Below, piece by piece: positions 18,364 through 24,233 of a stretch of DNA of 24,233 nucleotides. The notes beneath the pieces are model-generated. The model was not told where the DNA came from. It saw nothing but the letters and a program-made list of their open reading frames with translations, and did not search any database. Positions within the stretch are counted from its first letter, which is position 1. Each line of letters starts with the position of its first letter. Location: positions 1 through 24,233 of the IMG/VR virus record IMGVR_UViG_3300031848_000657; one strand, written 5' to 3'. Made by a program: the position numbers and the translations under genes. Source of the stretch: a virus. Its lineage: Duplodnaviria; Caudoviricetes.

Positions 18364-18693
18364 TTATACAATATCTACATAACTTAATACAGCGTCAACT
18401 GAATCAGCTTTATTTGACTGTAGTAATAATGTGTTGTTTGGTGCTAAAATTAATTTTTCTGCTGGACCCAATGGTTTTAATGATCCTTTAGGTGGAAGAA
18501 GTACATCTTTTAAATAGTAACCTTCACTACTAGCATCGTCGCCTATTAGTAAGCTAATACTTACTGCACCTTTAGTTGTATTCACTAAACTAATACCAAT
18601 GATAGTCGAACGTGTACTAGCGTTAGTTGTTATTGCAATTATTTTTTGCGTTCCAATATCTTTTACTACTTTGTTTCTAAACGTTGTTGCCAT
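18364..18693 (-). CDS. Small virion structural protein (beta-rich family, paralog 2), 109 aa
   Basis: STIIGISLVN...YYLKDVLLPP..SL...EKLIL...VDAVLSYVDI. Confidence 0.7.
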   Translation of the reverse strand: MATTFRNKVVKDIGTQKIIAITTNASTRSTIIGISLVNTTKGAVSISLLIGDDASSEGYYLKDVLLPPKGSLKPLGPAEKLILAPNNTLLLQSNKADSVDAVLSYVDIV

Positions 18694-18697
18694 GTTA

Positions 18698-20164
18698 TTA
18701 TCCTAAACTAATCACTAATTCTAACGCAATATTTTCAGCATCACCTTGAGATATACCAGCGCCTGCTCCTGCAACTGATCCCCAGCTACCATCGTAAACT
18801 TCAACTCTTGATTCTACTGTATTATATCTTACCATTCCTGTTTCTACTGTTCCTGGTCTTTGTTCTGAGGTTCCTACAGGTAAAACAAATCCTCCTGTAC
18901 CACCAAATTTAACATATCCAGTTCCAGTTTGATTAAACTGAGTTATTCCATTATTAGTTAAGTTTGTTATAGTATTATTTTTTATTGCAAGCGACCCATC
19001 AAATACAACACTTCCTGTACCGTTTGCATCTAAATTTAAATCTGTATTAGCTGTACCAGTACTAATAGTATTTGCGTCAAGTATTAAATCGTCAACTGTT
19101 ATTCTAGGAGCATTTAATCTAGTGCTTGTAATATCTACTACAGTACTTCCAGCAATATTAAATCTAATTGTGTCGTCGTTTGCTCCAGGCGTTGCTTCTG
19201 CTGTAACTTTAGTATTTCCATCTAAGTCTTGCACACCGTTAAGAACGATCCAATTTGATCCGTTATAGCCTTCAAAATTATTTGTGTCACTATTATATCT
19301 AACTTTACCAGGTGCAGCAGTTGGACGTTGTGCTGTTGTTCCAACTGGAAGTTTTAAAGATCCTGTACCTGTTATATTTACATTACCACTATTAGGAGCA
19401 AGTATAAGATCACTTGTACTCGTAATTGTTCTGTTTTTAAAGCTTAAATTATCAACTACAACACTTCCTGTGCCGTTTGCTCTAAGTTCTAAGTTAGCAT
19501 TTGAAACACTAGTTTGTATAATATTAGTAGCAATGTTTATGTCGCCAATATTACCCTGTGTAACTATAGCGTCATTAATATAAGCATTATTCCATTTCTT
19601 TGAAGCTGCACCTAAGTTATATGTATTATTAGCATCTGGAATAATATTACTTGCAATGTCAGCATTAAATGTTACATTGTCTGTGTCTGCATCGCCAATG
19701 GTAATATTTCCGTTTGCAGTAATGTTTCCTGTAGCTGTAATATTTCCGTGTACATTTGTATTACCAATTATTTCCACAGTTCCTGTACCATTAGGAACAA
19801 ATTCTATATTAGCATTAGATGCGTTTGTTGAAATAACGTTATTAGTAATATCGATTGAATCAATTGTTAGTCTTTTATTATAAACAACATTATCTGCTGT
19901 TCCTAAAATTAATGTAGGTGCAGTTGTGCTGATAGTGTTTCCACTAAATTGCACAGCACCAAAAGTACTTGATCCGCTTACTTGTAATCCAGGGGTTCTT
20001 GTTGTGCCAGTAACGTCTAAATCGTATTGGGGACTTGCGTTGTTGATACCAACGCGGCTGTTATTAACATCTAGATATAGTAAATTCGTCTCAAAAGCTA
20101 GATCTACGCCCTCACGGAGCAAATTTGCTTTTAAGAGCGGACCACTAATGCGACCAATAGCCAT
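18698..20164 (-). CDS. Tail fibre/baseplate-associated structural protein, 488 aa
   Basis: Repeats of N.I.T...NA.L...NGTG.V and two copies of LPVGT..QRP....G.VRYN. Paralog of 20304..21770. GAGGAG RBS. Confidence 0.8.
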   Translation of the reverse strand: MAIGRISGPLLKANLLREGVDLAFETNLLYLDVNNSRVGINNASPQYDLDVTGTTRTPGLQVSGSSTFGAVQFSGNTISTTAPTLILGTADNVVYNKRLTIDSIDITNNVISTNASNANIEFVPNGTGTVEIIGNTNVHGNITATGNITANGNITIGDADTDNVTFNADIASNIIPDANNTYNLGAASKKWNNAYINDAIVTQGNIGDINIATNIIQTSVSNANLELRANGTGSVVVDNLSFKNRTITSTSDLILAPNSGNVNITGTGSLKLPVGTTAQRPTAAPGKVRYNSDTNNFEGYNGSNWIVLNGVQDLDGNTKVTAEATPGANDDTIRFNIAGSTVVDITSTRLNAPRITVDDLILDANTISTGTANTDLNLDANGTGSVVFDGSLAIKNNTITNLTNNGITQFNQTGTGYVKFGGTGGFVLPVGTSEQRPGTVETGMVRYNTVESRVEVYDGSWGSVAGAGAGISQGDAENIALELVISLG

Positions 20165-20280
20165 CTTCTCTCCTCAATACGGGGATCCTGTCCCTCTAGC
20201 CAAATTCACAGTCTTTCGACTCTTTGCTGGTTAACCACAGTGTGTCACTGCATGTATTTGGTCATACGTTGCAGCAATAG
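20165..20280 (-). ncRNA. Candidate structured 5' leader (cis-regulatory RNA), family unknown
   Basis: The only long intergenic gap inside the structural block. Pairings read by eye: UUGCUGCA/UGCAGUGA with inner GUAU/AUAC; UUAACCA/UGGCUAG enclosing AGUC-GAAA-GACU; and GGGA-CAGGA-UCCC just before the GAGGAG RBS. Confidence 0.5.
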
Positions 20281-20288
20281 TATTTATC
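20281..20288 (-). promoter_or_regulatory. Late promoter GATAAATA(CTATT)
   Basis: ATAAATA core 15 nt past the upstream stop and immediately 5' of the structured leader. Confidence 0.7.
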
Positions 20289-20303
20289 GAAATGTTAGAT
20301 TAA

Positions 20304-21770
20304 TTAACCCAGTATAATTGTATATTGGAGAGCAAGTTCATTCATATATTCTTCTGAAACAGTGCCTCCTGAACCTGCTGATAAAATGTACGTAGATCCA
20401 TTCCATGTTTCTAACACACTTTGATCAGTGTTCCATCTGGTATCACCTATAGCTGGACTGGACCAACGATTCCCGTCAGTTCCAAACGGAATAACCATTG
20501 CTCCTGTTACCCCTGCTTTAAAGTAACCTTTGCCAGTTGGAAGAAATTCTAAAGCACCATTTGAATTATTAGTTATTGTTTGTTGCTTAAATTTTGTAGT
20601 ACCTATTACAACACTTCCTGTACCATTAGGTGTAATATTTAAATTAGTATTAGCAGTTGAAGTAGTTACTGTACTTGCGTTTAAATTTATATCATCAACT
20701 TGTAACGCTCTTAAATTTATTCCTGATGAGTCAATTGATCCTGAACTAGTATTATTAGCAACAAAATTTAAAGTATCATTAGTAGGATGTGCAGTTAAGC
20801 TAGTTTGGATATCATCTGAATATACGCCGCCTAATGGCATATATCCTGTATCTGCCCGCCCTTCAAATAAGGATGCAGCATTATTAAATCTAAGTCCGCC
20901 TTCTGTTGAAGGACGAGCTATAGTATCACCTACTGGCAATGTTAATGCTGTTGTTGATGAAATATTTAATTCATTAGTTACATTAAACCCTATTGGTCCG
21001 CCTAACGTAGATATAGTTCCATCTTCGATCATTACTAAATTGATATCAACAGCTCTACCATTGACTGTATGTGATATGTTTAAATTACTATTAAGTTGAG
21101 TTGCTATTAGTACATTTGTGTTAACAGAAAGTTCTGGAGTTGCAATAGACCCAGAGTTTAATGTAGCTGCATGTAGATTATTCCAATACTTACTAGAAGA
21201 TCCTAATTCTGATACATCATTAACATCAGGAAGTATATGGCTGTTTACATCACTTTGAAAAATAACAGAGTCAGTGTCATCATCACCTAAAACTAAATCA
21301 CCACTAAATGTAATATTTCCAGTAGCATGTATATTTCCTGTTGAATTCCAGTCAGCATACATTTCAACTGTTCCAGATCCACTAGGCTCTAGACTTATAG
21401 TTTCGTTAGATTGATTAGATCTAAATGTATTAAAGTTAACTGTTAGATTGTCTGTTACTAATCCTGAAAGAAAAACACCGTTTGCACCGCTGAGATTTAT
21501 ATCTCCACTGTTTTGATATATTCTATTAGTGTCAAGAGTCCAATTTTGTATGTTAGCATTATTCGAAACTAGATTTGTACTAACTAACGCTGTTGGAATA
21601 TCTAAAGAATATCCTGTAGCAGGAGACTCGGTATTAATACCTATTTTCTTATTAGTAACATCAAGATGAAGTAGTGCAGTTGCACCGCTTGTATTTTTAA
21701 AATTTAAATTTGATCCGTTACGTTCTAAATTATCTTTTAGAACTCCGCCACCAATTCTACCTAACGCCAT
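20304..21770 (-). CDS. Tail fibre/baseplate-associated structural protein, 488 aa
   Basis: MALGRIGGGVLKDNLERNG vs MAIGRISGPLLKANLLREG in its paralog. Also LPVGDTIARP...GGLRFN, IPFGTDGNRW...GDTRWN and the C-terminal ELALQYTIILG. Confidence 0.8.
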   Translation of the reverse strand: MALGRIGGGVLKDNLERNGSNLNFKNTSGATALLHLDVTNKKIGINTESPATGYSLDIPTALVSTNLVSNNANIQNWTLDTNRIYQNSGDINLSGANGVFLSGLVTDNLTVNFNTFRSNQSNETISLEPSGSGTVEMYADWNSTGNIHATGNITFSGDLVLGDDDTDSVIFQSDVNSHILPDVNDVSELGSSSKYWNNLHAATLNSGSIATPELSVNTNVLIATQLNSNLNISHTVNGRAVDINLVMIEDGTISTLGGPIGFNVTNELNISSTTALTLPVGDTIARPSTEGGLRFNNAASLFEGRADTGYMPLGGVYSDDIQTSLTAHPTNDTLNFVANNTSSGSIDSSGINLRALQVDDINLNASTVTTSTANTNLNITPNGTGSVVIGTTKFKQQTITNNSNGALEFLPTGKGYFKAGVTGAMVIPFGTDGNRWSSPAIGDTRWNTDQSVLETWNGSTYILSAGSGGTVSEEYMNELALQYTIILG

Positions 21771-21787
21771 TATTAACTCCTATACTA

Positions 21788-21795
21788 TATTTATA
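21788..21795 (-). promoter_or_regulatory. T4-type late promoter TATAAATA
   Basis: Exact match in the 29-nt gap, followed by an AGGAG RBS and the ATG at 21770. Confidence 0.8.
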
Positions 21796-21799
21796 GGAA

Positions 21800-22321
21800 T
21801 TACTTGTCGAAGTTGTGTAGTACTGTTACTGGTTTGCCTGTAGGAACTGCTGCACTGAACACAATATACCAGCCTGAAGCATATGGAGTATTTGGACCTG
21901 AACTTGGGTTTTGTACAAGGGTATAGTTAGTTGTACCAATTTGAAATACATTTTCAACAAGTACTATTACGCTTGCTGCTGTTGCAGGTGCTGGAAAGTC
22001 TGCGTCTCCGGAGTTTAGAACTCCAAAAGTAGTTTCAGTGCCATCGCCAGCACCTAAGTTTTGTTGTGTTATTCCAATTGGATTAGGTTCAGCATATCTT
22101 AAGTTTTTCCAAGAATTACTTTCGTATACTTCAAACTCGCCTTCAGTTGAGTTATATCTTAATTGACCGTTTATTGCAGATGATGGTCGTTGTGCTGTTG
22201 TACCAATTGGTACAACAATTGCTTGTGTTCCGTCAACAACTGCTTGATTATTTACATCGTATCTAATACCAGTGCCCGGAGCACCTCGTGTATTAGTGCT
22301 TTGTTGTTTAATGAATCTCAT
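21800..22321 (-). CDS. Virion structural protein, 173 aa
   Basis: VPIGTTAQRPSSAINGQLRYN is the same module found in the 488-aa proteins. It also has a GDG.ETTF...VLVENVFQ...YTL...IVFSAA domain typical of T4-like baseplate/tail proteins. Confidence 0.75.
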   Translation of the reverse strand: MRFIKQQSTNTRGAPGTGIRYDVNNQAVVDGTQAIVVPIGTTAQRPSSAINGQLRYNSTEGEFEVYESNSWKNLRYAEPNPIGITQQNLGAGDGTETTFGVLNSGDADFPAPATAASVIVLVENVFQIGTTNYTLVQNPSSGPNTPYASGWYIVFSAAVPTGKPVTVLHNFDK

Positions 22322-22323
22322 GA

Positions 22324-22689
22324 TTATACTTCCAAATAACTTACTGTAGCAGATAAATTGGTTAATGCTGCACCTATATCAGGAGAGCCAATTAATACAA
22401 TTTTATCACCTTGTTCTAAGATAATTTTTTCGCTATCGAATGTAAAGGTTTCTTTGGCAGGTAAAGATAAGTCATGTACTACTCTTGTTACAGCATTAGA
22501 TAACGCTGTTCCTGATTTAACTAAATGCATATCAAAAGTAGCAGCTGCACTTGTGCTATTATTACAAACTAAAATATTTGTAATTGCATAAGTTTTTCCT
22601 GTTGGTACTGCTCCTGCTGGACTGCCTGCTCCTGCTGGATCTAGTATGTCAGTATTTGTTGTTTTAATTTGTGCTGATATAATTGCCAT
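22324..22689 (-). CDS. Small virion structural protein (beta-rich family, paralog 3), 121 aa
   Basis: AITNILVCN...VHDLSLPAKETF...EKIILEQGD...LSATVSYLEV. Confidence 0.7.
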   Translation of the reverse strand: MAIISAQIKTTNTDILDPAGAGSPAGAVPTGKTYAITNILVCNNSTSAAATFDMHLVKSGTALSNAVTRVVHDLSLPAKETFTFDSEKIILEQGDKIVLIGSPDIGAALTNLSATVSYLEV

Positions 22690-22697
22690 GTTATTTC

Positions 22698-23657
22698 CTA
22701 AAATAGCATACTATAAAGTATGCTTCTATTTTTACTTATCAGTTCGTCTCTAGTTCCTTGTGCGTTTACGAAGAAAATACCAGTTTGACCATATGACTCA
22801 GTTGTCATATAAAGTTTATTACCATCTGCTGGTTGTGTTGGAACTGAAACAGCTTGTCTTACATGTAGTGTATCATCAACTTGCACAACTCCTGTGCCTG
22901 GGGAACTTATAACCAAGTCTTGGTTACTAACTGTTGTTTCGATAATTGATCCAACTATTCTTACTTCTTGGAATTCAAATTTATCTTCAAACAATTTTGC
23001 ATTAACATTACCGTCAATATTAAAATTAATATAACTAGGACTTCCAGTAATATCAACATCAGATATTGCTATAGCTGTTTGTGTACCTACATTACCAGCA
23101 CCAATTGTAGAAATATTAACTGTACTAAATGCAGTTGTAATTGAATCATCAACATATTTTTTATTTGTTAAATCATCATCGTCTGTAACTTGTGCTTCGT
23201 AGTTTGTTGTACCAGTAACACTAACAGTACCTGTGCCGGAGTTTATTAAATATAAATCTCCGCCACCGGTATTAATATTATTTGTCCTTATGCCTATAAG
23301 AGCATTGTTTGCATCTTTGAAAACAAAGCCGCCTGTTTTTGTTGTATCTGTAACAGGATCTGACCATGTTATATCTTCATTAAATGTAAATAACGCATTA
23401 ACATATGTACCACGATCCATTTCTAAACCAGAATCAGTAAGTGTAATACCTGCGCCAGTTTCTCCTGAATTTAGTGTTAGAATATTATCTTTAATATCTA
23501 AATTCTGAGAAGTTACTGTGGTGGTATCACCTTGTACAACTAAATTACCGGTAATAGTTGTAGTTCCTTGTTGAAACCCAGTACTAAGAGTTATAGTCCC
23601 ACCGCTTTGAACGGCAAGACTATAATTTCCTTGTGGTACATTTACAAACTTAGACAT
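22698..23657 (-). CDS. Tail fibre/baseplate-associated structural protein, 319 aa
   Basis: GNLVVQGDTTTVTS..LDIKDNILTLN.GETGAG....SGLEMDRG and DDLTNKKYVD are fibre-type motifs. It shares the TT.SN.DL....GTG.V.VD unit with the 488-aa proteins. Confidence 0.75.
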   Translation of the reverse strand: MSKFVNVPQGNYSLAVQSGGTITLSTGFQQGTTTITGNLVVQGDTTTVTSQNLDIKDNILTLNSGETGAGITLTDSGLEMDRGTYVNALFTFNEDITWSDPVTDTTKTGGFVFKDANNALIGIRTNNINTGGGDLYLINSGTGTVSVTGTTNYEAQVTDDDDLTNKKYVDDSITTAFSTVNISTIGAGNVGTQTAIAISDVDITGSPSYINFNIDGNVNAKLFEDKFEFQEVRIVGSIIETTVSNQDLVISSPGTGVVQVDDTLHVRQAVSVPTQPADGNKLYMTTESYGQTGIFFVNAQGTRDELISKNRSILYSMLF

Positions 23658-23670
23658 TTAATATATCCTG

Positions 23671-24233
23671 TTACTCAATCTGTGCGTCAACTACAATACC
23701 ACCAGTTTCAACTGCTGCTACTGTTGCTACACCACCTGATGTATATCCAGTAAATGCGCCGCCGTCTATACCTGCTAATTGGAAAGTATTTGTTGCAGTA
23801 CCTGCTACTGTGTATGCGACATCAGTGTTAAGCTCTACCATGCCAACTACTCCGCGAATCGAAACTTTAGTTCCGTTTGCAAGAGAGTGACCGTTAGATG
23901 TAATAACAACTGGATTAGCTGCTGTTGCACCTGTGATTGGTCTTTCTTGTACTGCACTTTTGCCTGTAGCTGTTCTGGCCCATTTAGCGTTTGCTACGTA
24001 TGATGTGCCAGCTTCAACTTGCATAGTTCTATTGCGAAGTTTAGTAATCTGCTTAGTATTACCTACACTGTCTGCAATATTAATACAAAATTCACTTGCA
24101 GCTAATGCTCCAGGTGTTTTGTTAACTAGTGTACAAACTTCAGTCTTGGTTCCGTCAGTAACGTTAAACTTGTTAGTTGAACGCTGTGACACAATATGTG
24201 ACTCTGTTGCCGCTGCTATTTCTGCGCCGGCTG
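23671..24233 (-). CDS. Structural protein with a C-terminal E1-FCCH-like beta domain; 5' end lies outside the window
   Basis: The frame stays open upstream of the GTG at 24192 to the window edge (AGAEIAAATESHIVSQR). ITGATAANPVVITSNGHSL..G.KV.I.GV.GM.ELN...FTGYTSGG resembles the E1_FCCH-like domain seen in phage virion proteins. Confidence 0.7.
   Translation of the reverse strand, partial: AGAEIAAATESHIVSQRSTNKFNVTDGTKTEVCTLVNKTPGALAASEFCINIADSVGNTKQITKLRNRTMQVEAGTSYVANAKWARTATGKSAVQERPITGATAANPVVITSNGHSLANGTKVSIRGVVGMVELNTDVAYTVAGTATNTFQLAGIDGGAFTGYTSGGVATVAAVETGGIVVDAQIE

Noticed and set aside
20196-20234. c-di-GMP-I (GEMM) riboswitch-like GCAAA...GAAA hairpin
   Set aside because: It lacks the following GACGCAAAG segment and the receptor-bearing second hairpin. 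Kept only as an unassigned structured leader.
9-24003. Numerous plus-strand ORFs in the track (e.g. 9..284, 9564..9965, 20530..21099)
   Set aside because: All lie antisense to well-supported minus-strand genes and show no recognisable motifs. They are consistent with shadows of codon bias.
1-24233. tRNA, rRNA, CRISPR array, integrase/transposase, intron or intein
   Set aside because: None was recognised. Intergenic space is minimal and the ORFs are uninterrupted.

Overview
AT-rich segment of a large T4-like (myovirus-type) phage genome. All credible genes are on the minus strand, tightly packed, and preceded by T4-type late promoters (NATAAATA). In transcription order the window has three parts. 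(1) A tail/baseplate-fibre block built largely from paralog sets: two 488-aa fibres, three 105-121-aa beta-rich proteins, and two ~1600-aa proteins that each carry 8 N-terminal CBM5/12-like repeats, a beta-helix core and different inserted modules. (2) A cassette of three Gly-rich, very Cys-rich (20-31 Cys) adhesin-like paralogs interleaved with two tail-assembly-chaperone-like proteins. (3) After a terminator and a new late promoter, an enzyme operon: a GT9/heptosyltransferase-like protein whose usual catalytic Asp appears to be Arg, an SGNH-like protein, and a NodU/TobZ-family carbamoyltransferase that is missing from the ORF track and truncated by the window edge. The leading hypothesis (inference) is a late-expressed virion-decoration system that glycosylates, acylates and carbamoylates the Cys-rich tail-tip proteins. 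A structured ~115-nt 5' leader at 20165-20280 is a candidate novel cis-regulatory RNA. Family assignments come from motif recognition by eye; no database searches were run.
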